From Bacteroidota bacterium (GTDB lineage Bacteria > Bacteroidota > Bacteroidia > Bacteroidales > CAIXZF01), in contig JAPLDE010000043.1 of the NCBI GenBank assembly GCA_026391855.1, positions 11,505 through 75,504 of the forward strand: a DNA stretch of 64,000 bases, read 5' to 3'. How positions within the stretch are numbered: the stretch's first letter is position 1; each line of letters opens with the position of its first letter. The notes below the pieces were generated by a model. That model made no database searches. It worked only from the letters and a program-made list of their open reading frames with translations, and was not told where the DNA came from. The translations under genes and the position numbers were made by a program. This document shows, in pieces, positions 55,331 to 64,000 of the stretch.

Positions 55331-58300
55331 TTACTGGTCTGCCCCTGAAATAATCTTCTGCGTATTCACCACCAATGAGTTACCGTTCCTGATTGTTACC
55401 TTACACAGATACATTCCGGCCACCAGGTCCTGGTAAGGTATATTTATCTGATGAAAACCTGCCTCAAGGTCTTCACAGGTAATTCTTCGGATTTCCTGAC
55501 CGACCATATTTAACAGGCTGATTTCCAAATAACTGGCTTCCGGAAGGTTTAGTTTCACAGATGAATGGAGGGTCAACGGGTTGGGTGAAATCTTTCCAAT
55601 AATAATCCCACGGTCTGAGGTTACCAATTTTGGAATTTGAAGCCTTATTTCAGGAATGATAACTCCATTGGGGTCTGCCAGTTCTGTTTCTCCGTTGTCC
55701 GGCACCTTCCAGTTTCCTACGGCAAGATTATCAATTTCCACGCTGAGGGTCATCAGCATCTCATCTTTTACCAGGTGAACGGGTGTAATACTCACCCAGG
55801 ATAACCGAAGAATATTGTTAACTACCTGGTAAAGAAGCTCTTCATTTTCCCTGGTCCGGATCTGGCCGGAAATCATATCGATCTTTTTTATCTTTACCCC
55901 GGAAGGAATCTCCATTACAAGGGATATAGCACCCAGGTCCATTTCCTGTAAGGTCCTGATTTCTATATTGATATTATCACCTGCTATAACGGGCAATTCC
56001 TCCTGTTCAAGAATAGAAACATCAGATGAGATCCTGGCTACGGGCGAATAAGAAGCATTCAGGTCACCATAGCATAACCCTTTGATATCCTGAGTAATCA
56101 GCGATGAAGGAGAAAGAGTGATGACAGGGTTATCAAAAACCCAGTCACCGACAATAAAGGTTGTCTGAGGGTAAACGAATCGTTTCATGATGAGCAGGGC
56201 ATCGGTGGAATTGATTATGCCGGGTCCTTTCACATGGGCTGCTTTTTCTCTGATCCCCTGAAGGAATGACAGCCCGGCAAAGTGTTTCAGGGCAAGCAAT
56301 GCATCGGTGGTGTTGATTCCTCCAAATGTTTTATTACATTGAATTTCAAGTTGGTAGCTGCCAGATTCCAGGCAGTTGAATGAATAATATCCACCGGCAC
56401 CAGAAGAGGTAGTCCCTATCAGATCATTATTATGTTTTATTTTAACAGTAACATTTCCCAGGCCTGTTGAAGCCGCATTATCATAGGTGATGTAGCCCGA
56501 AACACCCGCTGGAATTCCTGAACCATCAATCTGTTGATTGCCAGTAACTAAGCAACCATCTGCATCATGGACTGTTACAGAATAATTTCCGGGAGAAAGC
56601 CCGTAAATGGAATCAGTTACAAAACCCTGGTTCCAAGAATAGGTATAGGGCGGGGTTCCGCCATTGGCAGTCGCTTTGATCCAGTTGCCCGTATTGGTGC
56701 AGTTACTGTTTCCTGAAAGGAATGAAACCGTGAATGGAGGAGGGGAGGTAATGGTGTCTGTTGAAAAGGTAGAACATGCATACGAATCGGTAACTGTAAC
56801 AAAATAGATACCGGGCATCAGATTTGTGATCATCGGCGAATTGCTGCCTGTATTCCAGTGAAATGAATAAGGGGGTGTCCCTCCGCCGGCGAAAACTATT
56901 GCTGATCCTCCCGGGGACCCGTAGCAGTAAACCGGTGTGGTCTGAATACCGGCCGTCAGAGCATCAGGTTCAAAAATGGAAGTACATTCATTAATCGAGA
57001 TTCCATTCCCATTGTTATCAGTGATGGTAACACAGTAAGAACCGGCTGCCAGGTTATTGAGGGTATCATAACCTGAGCTGTACACTACATGACCTGTGTT
57101 CCAGGTATATTTATAGGGTGCTATCCCCCCGGATACTATTGCTTTCACTTTCCCTGTATTACTGCCATAACATCTGACTTGTGTTTCCTGCAGGATAACC
57201 ATCAATACGCCTGGCTGTGTAAGACATTTGGTGGCAGAAGTGCTGCAATTGCCGGCATCGGTCACGGTAAGCGAATAACAACCTGCTGTGAGACCGGACA
57301 GATTCTGGGTTTGTTCCCCTGTATTCCAGTGAAAAGAATAAGGTTCAGACCCACCGTTTATCGTGGCATTGATAAATCCGTTACTGCCTCCAAAAAATGT
57401 AGGTCCCTGGCCATCCAGGCTTAAAGTGAGAAGGGGTGGCTGTGGTAAAGAAACGGATCCATATTGTTTACAACCGTCTGCATCTGTTACGGTTACAGCA
57501 TAGGTGTCGGCGACCAGCCCGGTTATCGTCTGACCGGTATAATTGCCAATACTCCAATGATAGGTGTAGGGAGGTGTCCCTCCGCCGGGAATCACAGTTG
57601 CAGTACCTCCAGAAGAGCCATAACAGGTGGTTGGGGTCGTCTGGAAACTGATGCTGAAGACAGGAGGTTCTGTAATGACCACACTGTCCGGGTAGTTACA
57701 TCCGTTAAAATCCATGATAGTAACATAGTAGGTGCCAGCTGAAAGGTTGGGATTAATTCCGGTCGAAAAACTCACCCCATTCGACCAAAGGTAAGCGTAA
57801 GGAGCCGATCCTCCCTCACCCCTGACTGCAGCCCAGCCGTCATTTCCTCCGTTACAATGCACATCAGAATGATCAATAATACCTGAAAGCCCTGTTATTA
57901 CTACCAGAGAATCATAGTTACAGGAATAATCATCGCTGATGGTCACCCTGTAGGATCCGGGAAGTAAGTTGTTGATAGTATCCCAGTTACCGGATCCGAA
58001 TGAACCATTGCTCCATTGAAAGCTGTAATCGTTTGGCGGAAACCCTGGCGTTCCACCGGTGGCATTTGCTTTTACCCAATAGGAACCATTGCAATTGCTT
58101 GAACCAACGGTAAAATTGATTCTGAAACGCATGGGTTCATAGATCTGTGCCCATGGAAATCCCGACTCCGTTATACAACCGTGGCTGTCAACTACTTTAA
58201 CTTTATATCGCCCGCTATGGACCAGAACGGTGTTGGAAGTTGTCACGATGGAGTCCATCGGGTAACCGCCTCCGGGAACAGCCCTTTTAAAAGTATAGGT

Positions 58301-60766
58301 ATATGGCGGAATGCCTCCGTTCGCAGTAGCAGTTAAGTGACCAGTGCTATCTCCTGCGCAAAGGATGAGCCCATAACCCAAAAGGCTTAAAGTTAGGCTG
58401 GCGGGTTGTGTAATGGTCCAGCTTCCCGCCGGACTCAACTGGCAACCATCTGTGTCTCTGATACTTAATGAATAAGTACCTGGAGAGAGGTTGTTAAACT
58501 GGTTAACGGTGGTGTATGGACCGCTGTTCAGACTATAATACAGGGTCCCGGTTCCGCCTGATGCCATTATAGTGAGTGATCCGTCGGAACTGCCGTTGCA
58601 GGAAACATTGATCGCCTGAACAGCGTTCAGGGTAATGGGTAGAGGCCCGGGTATCACATATGGTGAATCCTGTAACAGGCATCCATAGTAATCTTCCACT
58701 GCAAACCCATGAGGGCCGGCAGATTGGTTAGTAAACAGGTTGTTTTCCGACCAGTTTGTCCAGCCAAAAATATCCGAACCGGTACACCAGCAATAATAAG
58801 AACCGTATGTATTTGAATATTGGAGGGTTCCGGTTCCACCTGAGGCAAATATCCTGGCTTTTCCGTTCAGGTCGTACCCGCAGGGATGGATGGAGTCTGA
58901 ATAGATGGAGTCAATATGGATAGGAACATAACCCAATGAAAAAATCCAATTGGTATTTCCTCCTCCGTCAACTGACCGGGTTGCTGTATCCTGCAATGAA
59001 AGGGCATTCTGCCCGGTGATATCATGCAGTTCAACATAATCCAGGTTGAGTGGTAATGTTGAATATAGAATAGCCGGAGTACCTGGGTTATTGGAAACAA
59101 CCCGGGGATGATCGCATTGGAGAAGTCCGGTCAGCTCCAGATTGTCGGTGATGGTCTGTGTACTGTCCGATTCAAGGGTTAAAATATTCCGGTGAGGCGA
59201 CTTTCCAAAGCAGTCAACGCATTCTTCATAATTCCTGTTGAAGTGTATATTTCCGAAGGCATTAGAGCCCTGAAGCACCCAACCATCAGCATGGAATTCC
59301 CCCAGGTTGGCATAGTTCCTGGTACCGTAAATATGTCCTTCTCTATTGAAAATGAGGTTGTTGGATATGGTGTCATAATTTCCGGACAATTCACCGTCCT
59401 GCATCTGACCACAATAAGTACAACAGTACCCGCACCAATCCGGATGGCTTGAAAACAGCAGATCATGGAAAACGTTGTGGTTACCGTAAATTCTTCCCTG
59501 GTGACCAATTTCCACATCATTAAAAACATTGTCATTTACATTCCGGCTCTGGGGAGGAAGTGAATGATTCCCGATATATCCGTTAAAATTAATTATAACA
59601 TCGTGATACTGACTCTGTTTACCATTGATCATACCATTGCTGCCAACATAAATATCATAAAACAAGTTATTGTCCCCGTCGATCACCCCGTTCTGCTGGA
59701 TATTGATATTGTTTACCCGGGAATTGTTAAGGTATAATGAGTCATTCGAACCGGCATAAATATTATCAATATAGACATTTGAGCCGTAAAGGATGGTGCC
59801 ATTGGAATTTCTTCCCTTGTTGATAATCCCATTATAATCAAAAACCACATCGTAATCGCTTGGGTCACCGTTATATATGGAATCGTGATCAACTTCGAGT
59901 TTACCCAGGCCAACGTGAAAAAGAACACGGTCATACTTCAAACCTTCACCGGCATGCATGGTTGATCCATATACGGAATATACATTATCACCATAAAAAT
60001 GAATACTGGATTGATCATCTGTGGATAAATAAAAATTATGATTGGGATTCTTCACATCCCAGGATGACCAGTAACCATTTGGACCGGTATTTTCCTGCAT
60101 AACAAACACCGTTGAAGAGCCAAGGTTCAGATAACGGATATTATTGACAGAAGAAGACGAAAACCGGCTGCAACTGATAAAGTAATTGTTAGTATTAATC
60201 ATTCCTTTATCAAAATTGATGGAATAAGTTGTAATAAAATCACCCTGAAAATCCCAGCTTCCGTTACCATAAAAAAAGCAACTGCCAGGTATCCAATTTC
60301 CTCCCAGTGTGATGGTTTCGGTTTCATCAGATAAAAACCGGGTATCCCCGGCATATCTCACCTCCATTAAATTATTGGCTGAGGCGAATGTCAGGCTTCC
60401 GTAAATCCAAATTCCTCCTGGTCCTGTAAGATATACTTTTCGGTTTGAATGTGACCATACCATATCGTGAAAATTCACAGAAACTGGGATAACTACCTCA
60501 CTATCAGTTGGATTAAGAAAGGAATTATCGTCAAAGAAAACATTATCCAGAGATCCTGGTAAAATTACGGGATGGACCGACCCGCCGGAAGAAGTGGCCC
60601 AGTTCCCTAAATTTGTCCAGTTATGATCACTTTGACCCCCGACCCAGTAATAATCTGATTGTGAGTATCCGGAAAAAGTGGTAATGAAAGAGATAAAGAC
60701 CAGTAGCAAATGAAAAACCAATTTCGTTTTCATACAGTAAAATATTTGCAAATAATTGAATATCAA
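55331..60766 (-). CDS. giant T9SS cargo (1811 aa): beta-helix-like N-region, ~8-10 SprB repeats, dockerin-like and cohesin-like modules, type A CTD
   Basis: SprB-type repeats include CNGSSDGSLTIMASGGTGTLYYS, CYGSSGGTATVIPGGGTPPYTYHW and CYGSNTGKVKAIVSGGIAPYKYTW (nt ~56900-58850). The paired INTTDALLALKHF / INSTDALLIMKRF segments are dockerin-like (~56180-56330). The C-terminus ISPNPLTLHSSVKLNL...GMYLCKVTIRNG is a Por secretion tail. Confidence 0.85.
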   Translation of the reverse strand: MIFNYLQIFYCMKTKLVFHLLLVFISFITTFSGYSQSDYYWVGGQSDHNWTNLGNWATSSGGSVHPVILPGSLDNVFFDDNSFLNPTDSEVVIPVSVNFHDMVWSHSNRKVYLTGPGGIWIYGSLTFASANNLMEVRYAGDTRFLSDETETITLGGNWIPGSCFFYGNGSWDFQGDFITTYSINFDKGMINTNNYFISCSRFSSSSVNNIRYLNLGSSTVFVMQENTGPNGYWSSWDVKNPNHNFYLSTDDQSSIHFYGDNVYSVYGSTMHAGEGLKYDRVLFHVGLGKLEVDHDSIYNGDPSDYDVVFDYNGIINKGRNSNGTILYGSNVYIDNIYAGSNDSLYLNNSRVNNINIQQNGVIDGDNNLFYDIYVGSNGMINGKQSQYHDVIINFNGYIGNHSLPPQSRNVNDNVFNDVEIGHQGRIYGNHNVFHDLLFSSHPDWCGYCCTYCGQMQDGELSGNYDTISNNLIFNREGHIYGTRNYANLGEFHADGWVLQGSNAFGNIHFNRNYEECVDCFGKSPHRNILTLESDSTQTITDNLELTGLLQCDHPRVVSNNPGTPAILYSTLPLNLDYVELHDITGQNALSLQDTATRSVDGGGNTNWIFSLGYVPIHIDSIYSDSIHPCGYDLNGKARIFASGGTGTLQYSNTYGSYYCWCTGSDIFGWTNWSENNLFTNQSAGPHGFAVEDYYGCLLQDSPYVIPGPLPITLNAVQAINVSCNGSSDGSLTIMASGGTGTLYYSLNSGPYTTVNQFNNLSPGTYSLSIRDTDGCQLSPAGSWTITQPASLTLSLLGYGLILCAGDSTGHLTATANGGIPPYTYTFKRAVPGGGYPMDSIVTTSNTVLVHSGRYKVKVVDSHGCITESGFPWAQIYEPMRFRINFTVGSSNCNGSYWVKANATGGTPGFPPNDYSFQWSNGSFGSGNWDTINNLLPGSYRVTISDDYSCNYDSLVVITGLSGIIDHSDVHCNGGNDGWAAVRGEGGSAPYAYLWSNGVSFSTGINPNLSAGTYYVTIMDFNGCNYPDSVVITEPPVFSISFQTTPTTCYGSSGGTATVIPGGGTPPYTYHWSIGNYTGQTITGLVADTYAVTVTDADGCKQYGSVSLPQPPLLTLSLDGQGPTFFGGSNGFINATINGGSEPYSFHWNTGEQTQNLSGLTAGCYSLTVTDAGNCSTSATKCLTQPGVLMVILQETQVRCYGSNTGKVKAIVSGGIAPYKYTWNTGHVVYSSGYDTLNNLAAGSYCVTITDNNGNGISINECTSIFEPDALTAGIQTTPVYCYGSPGGSAIVFAGGGTPPYSFHWNTGSNSPMITNLMPGIYFVTVTDSYACSTFSTDTITSPPPFTVSFLSGNSNCTNTGNWIKATANGGTPPYTYSWNQGFVTDSIYGLSPGNYSVTVHDADGCLVTGNQQIDGSGIPAGVSGYITYDNAASTGLGNVTVKIKHNNDLIGTTSSGAGGYYSFNCLESGSYQLEIQCNKTFGGINTTDALLALKHFAGLSFLQGIREKAAHVKGPGIINSTDALLIMKRFVYPQTTFIVGDWVFDNPVITLSPSSLITQDIKGLCYGDLNASYSPVARISSDVSILEQEELPVIAGDNINIEIRTLQEMDLGAISLVMEIPSGVKIKKIDMISGQIRTRENEELLYQVVNNILRLSWVSITPVHLVKDEMLMTLSVEIDNLAVGNWKVPDNGETELADPNGVIIPEIRLQIPKLVTSDRGIIIGKISPNPLTLHSSVKLNLPEASYLEISLLNMVGQEIRRITCEDLEAGFHQINIPYQDLVAGMYLCKVTIRNGNSLVVNTQKIISGADQ

Positions 60767-60782
60767 TAATTAATGAACGAAA

Positions 60783-63700
60783 TCAGTCTTTTTTCAAAAG
60801 CATGAACCATCCTTTATAATCGTGTCTTTCACCCCACAAGTCCTTCACACGGATAAAATAGGTGTAAATACCAGTAGGCGCTATGATACTATGATTATCA
60901 TAATATCCGTCCCAGGGCTCATCAATACTATGGGAAGTGTACAGCAATTCACCCCAGCGGTTGTATATCATCATCAGGAACTGGTCCGGAAGAATATCCT
61001 CTCCCCTGGGACCGAATTTATCGTTCCGGCCGCTTCCGTCAGGAGTAAAGGCGTTGGGAATATATAAGGTCATTTCCGGATAGACATTGATCATCTTACT
61101 TATTGTATCCCAGCAAAGTGTAATGGGGTCAACAATACTGTCAATTACCTGATAATCACCTATTCCCGGATATTTGTGCCGGATAAGGCTGCCTTGCCCA
61201 TAAGCACCGTCACCCAGGTCCCAGTAAATGTCATAGCCGGGTGGATAAAAAGAACTGTCCTGCAGAAATACCCAGGGATTGATTTTCCCTATACTATATT
61301 GTGAGGCATAGAAGTTGGCAATGGGTTGTTCGTAAATTTTAACGATGTCTGTTAATGTTGCAGAAGATTTGCACCCCTGATCGGAAGTGGCAACAACAAT
61401 GACGGTATATTGGTCGATGCCATAGTACCAGGCGGTAATATTCCCTGTTGGCGAATTAACTACCGGACCTCCGCCACCAAAATCAAACAGGTAGTTCTCG
61501 ATATTACCGGTAGTAACAGTGGATGAGTCGATGAAGGTTACCATTACCGGGACGCCGCAATACCTGGACTGGTCAGTGGTGATGTCAATCGAGGGGATAG
61601 GGGCAATTTTTACTGGTTGAGTAAGGGTGTCGGCGCAACCGGAATCGCTGAGGGCAACAAGGGTTGTAAGGTACTGATCAGCATAAGGAGCGAAAACATG
61701 GGTTGGGTTTGTATCTTGTGAGACATGGGGCAGGTTCTGATCAAAGAAAGTCCAGTTGTAGGTAATCCCATTTGCACCGGCAAAGCTGGTTAAATTTTTG
61801 AAGTGGGTAGTGTCATTGAAACAGACGGTATCATTGGTAAAACCGGCGACCGGTGTCGGGTTGATAAGGATTGGTATGGAAAGGGTGTCATAATACCATA
61901 TATTAAAGATATTCACCGCAACAATCAGTATAACCGTATCCTTTCCAGCCTGGGTGTAAACATGTTCGACCGGGTTGACCGGGTTATCGGCCGGTATACT
62001 GTCAATAACCCCGTCACCATAATCCCATAACCAATAAGCTATGTTGCTGTTGCTTCCGACAATGGAGTGATCGTAGAAGTAAATCTCATATCCCTGGCAA
62101 CAGGGGAGGTCGGAAAATGTAAAATCCGCGCTGATGCAGGGACAACGGTAAACGGTCTCAAAAACCGTATCCATACACTGGTTGCTGTTGGTCACGATAA
62201 GTCCGGCCTGGTAAATGTTCTCATCCGGAAGGTAAAAATGGAAAGTATCGGAAGCGGAAACCATTGCCGGAGTCCATGACCCGGGTGACGGGTCTCCGAA
62301 ATTCCAGCTGTAGTTGAGGATGGAACCTGCATTGGCAACAGAGGTTGACGTGAAAACCGTAGAATCCAGGCAGCAGGCGTTGGTAGTAACAAAAGAGGCT
62401 TGTGGTAAAGGATAAATGGTGAAGGTATGAAAGGCCGTATCCACGCAGTTCTTTTCATTTGTTGCTACCAGTATGGATGTATAATTGCCCGGAGCGGCAT
62501 AGGTATGGAAGGTGACTGGCTGTGCAGCAGTGGTTGTGGTCCCATCCCCGAAATCCCATTGCCAGGGACCGTTGAAAAGCGGATCGGGACTGCTGCCGGC
62601 TGTAAAGATGGAAATATTGTTCAGACATTCATTGGCCGAATTGAAATCAACCGTAAACGGAGGTGGTACATACACATTCACACTTTTTGATTTTGTGCAA
62701 CCCTGGTCCGAAGTAACGGTCAGTGAAACAGGGTAATACGTTCCCTGGGGATAATAGGTGTAGTATGGGTCCTGATCAAAGGAATAATAATTCTGATCAA
62801 GCTGCCAGTACCATTTGACGATGGAATAGCCATTGCCTTCTGACAGGTCATGGAATTGGATCATACCCCCGTTGATACCGCTGACACAAGTATCCTGGTA
62901 AGAAAAGTCAGGGATAGGAAGGGAATCCACTAAAAGGGAACCCACAGAAAAAGCGGAACAGGTAAATTCATCGGTCACAGTGAACTTAACCATATGGAAA
63001 CCAGAGGAAAAAGGAAGTTGAAGGGTATCATCAGCGGCGCTGACCGGGTTTCCTCCGTCAAACTGCCATATCCTGCTTATAACAGAGGCGCCATGGGTAT
63101 CGCTCGTGTCGATCAGAGTAGTATTGAAACCGACACAAACTGTATCGGAAGTAAACCCTGGATGAGGGATAGGATGAACGATAAGCGTTTTGGTAAGGGT
63201 ATCCCAACATCCATATATATTTTCAACCCTCATTTTAACAAAGAACGTATCCGGTATTGGGTAATGATGAGAGGGTGTCGGAACGGAGGAAGAATTCCCG
63301 CCACCGGAATTTGGGTCACCGAAATTCCAAAGCCATTGGCAGGCACTTGACAGGCCTCCGTTCGGAATTGTTCCTGTCGTATCGAAGAGAGCAATTTCTC
63401 CTGCACAGAGGGGATCATTCCAGCTGAACTGTGGAACCGGTTTTGGGTAAACATCAATAGTATGTTTCACCGAATCAACACACCCATAAATATTGGTGAT
63501 GATGAGGGTGATCTCAAAAGTGCCTGAATTGCTGTAAGTTGTATATGCAAACTGGTTGGTATTGGAAAGAAAAGTATCCCCGTTCCCGAATTTCCAGTAA
63601 TAGCTGCCAACCGGTCCGATAGTAACTGATGCATCAAAACCTATCTGGTTTCCTACACAATAGGGTGGATTAGAAACAGTAAAAGAAGGTATTGGCTTGG

Positions 63701-64000
63701 GGTGGATTGTTATCATTTGTGTGGCGGAATTCATGCATTCATGGGAATCCCACACGGAATGGGTTACTGTATAATTGTTGGGGTCAGGATATTTAAATTT
63801 CGGATTGGGGTGATCGGAAAAAGGAGGAATACCAAAATCCCAGTGGTAAAATTTCAGGTATGCATCTCCAAGGGCAAGGTCGGTATTGGTGAACTGAACA
63901 GAATCGTCTTCACAAGCGGGGATTGAATAAGTAAACCCTGCCAGTGGCAATGGCCAGACATAAACCAGTCGTTTTACCGTATCTCCGCAGCCATGCAGAT
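60783..64000 (-). CDS. PKD-repeat protein with T9SS type B (gliding-motility-associated) C-terminal domain; 5' end outside window
   Basis: About a dozen PKD-like repeats (..F.D.S.......W.FGDG..S....P.H.Y...G.Y.V.L...). The C-terminus reads YIPNAFTPDGSGRNDKF...IYNRWGELLY...WDG. The frame stays open upstream of the listed start to nt 64000. Confidence 0.85.
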   Translation of the reverse strand, partial: LHGCGDTVKRLVYVWPLPLAGFTYSIPACEDDSVQFTNTDLALGDAYLKFYHWDFGIPPFSDHPNPKFKYPDPNNYTVTHSVWDSHECMNSATQMITIHPKPIPSFTVSNPPYCVGNQIGFDASVTIGPVGSYYWKFGNGDTFLSNTNQFAYTTYSNSGTFEITLIITNIYGCVDSVKHTIDVYPKPVPQFSWNDPLCAGEIALFDTTGTIPNGGLSSACQWLWNFGDPNSGGGNSSSVPTPSHHYPIPDTFFVKMRVENIYGCWDTLTKTLIVHPIPHPGFTSDTVCVGFNTTLIDTSDTHGASVISRIWQFDGGNPVSAADDTLQLPFSSGFHMVKFTVTDEFTCSAFSVGSLLVDSLPIPDFSYQDTCVSGINGGMIQFHDLSEGNGYSIVKWYWQLDQNYYSFDQDPYYTYYPQGTYYPVSLTVTSDQGCTKSKSVNVYVPPPFTVDFNSANECLNNISIFTAGSSPDPLFNGPWQWDFGDGTTTTAAQPVTFHTYAAPGNYTSILVATNEKNCVDTAFHTFTIYPLPQASFVTTNACCLDSTVFTSTSVANAGSILNYSWNFGDPSPGSWTPAMVSASDTFHFYLPDENIYQAGLIVTNSNQCMDTVFETVYRCPCISADFTFSDLPCCQGYEIYFYDHSIVGSNSNIAYWLWDYGDGVIDSIPADNPVNPVEHVYTQAGKDTVILIVAVNIFNIWYYDTLSIPILINPTPVAGFTNDTVCFNDTTHFKNLTSFAGANGITYNWTFFDQNLPHVSQDTNPTHVFAPYADQYLTTLVALSDSGCADTLTQPVKIAPIPSIDITTDQSRYCGVPVMVTFIDSSTVTTGNIENYLFDFGGGGPVVNSPTGNITAWYYGIDQYTVIVVATSDQGCKSSATLTDIVKIYEQPIANFYASQYSIGKINPWVFLQDSSFYPPGYDIYWDLGDGAYGQGSLIRHKYPGIGDYQVIDSIVDPITLCWDTISKMINVYPEMTLYIPNAFTPDGSGRNDKFGPRGEDILPDQFLMMIYNRWGELLYTSHSIDEPWDGYYDNHSIIAPTGIYTYFIRVKDLWGERHDYKGWFMLLKKD

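Overview
The window looks like a Bacteroidota chromosome segment. Evidence: a SusC/SusD pair, T9SS type A and type B C-terminal sorting domains, SprB repeats, a FISUMP protein and TAnnTTTG-type -7 promoter boxes. No rRNA, tRNA, CRISPR array, transposase or integrase was recognised. The content falls into four blocks.

1. **1-7.4 kb, miscellaneous accessory genes.** These are a tocopherol-cyclase-like fragment, an XRE HTH regulator with a membrane partner, a PD-(D/E)xK-like protein, a BNR beta-propeller T9SS cargo, an AAA/DUF4143 ATPase and a FISUMP protein. They are interspersed with a conserved hairpin element and heptamer arrays.

2. **7.5-29.5 kb, a dense redox and sulfur (or selenium) island, the most interesting part.**
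   - Tandem thioredoxins.
   - An FNR-like Crp-family regulator with four Cys.
   - An eight-gene operon: NifX-like, class V PLP enzyme, small Cys protein, two-Cys DsrC, NarI/DsrM-like, DsrK/HdrD-like, cysteine desulfurase, DUF302. No DsrAB is present in the window.
   - A methionine gamma-lyase family enzyme.
   - A Rieske protein plus a complete cytochrome b fused to an 11-12 haem c-type domain.
   - Divergently from that pair: a PsrABC-like molybdoenzyme, split YeeE/YedE, a rhodanese-domain protein, a TauE-like permease preceded by a candidate Moco riboswitch, and MobA.
   - Perfect TGTGA-N6-TCACA palindromes sit in the two divergent promoter regions. They match the CRP-like recognition helix of the regulator.

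3. **29.8-54 kb, an alpha-glucan (starch/maltodextrin) utilisation locus.**
   - Genes: a beta-PGM::GH65 fusion, a TreS-like GH13, SusE/F-like lipoproteins, SusD, SusC, a T9SS-secreted GH13 amylase, an MFS sugar transporter, a further GH13, a GH31 and a SusA-like GH13.
   - Two genes (the SusE-like gene and the amylase) are split by single-nucleotide-type frameshifts.
   - An ORF6N gene is inserted in the locus.
   - A stand-alone B12-binding-domain protein flanks it.

4. **55.3-64 kb, two very large T9SS cargo proteins.** One carries SprB repeats with dockerin-like and cohesin-like modules and a type A CTD. The other is a PKD-repeat protein with a type B CTD, truncated by the window end.

Many unrelated short-period (7-10 bp) tandem arrays and REP-like hairpins occupy intergenic spacers throughout. 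All functional calls are motif-level readings of the translated ORFs. No database search was possible.
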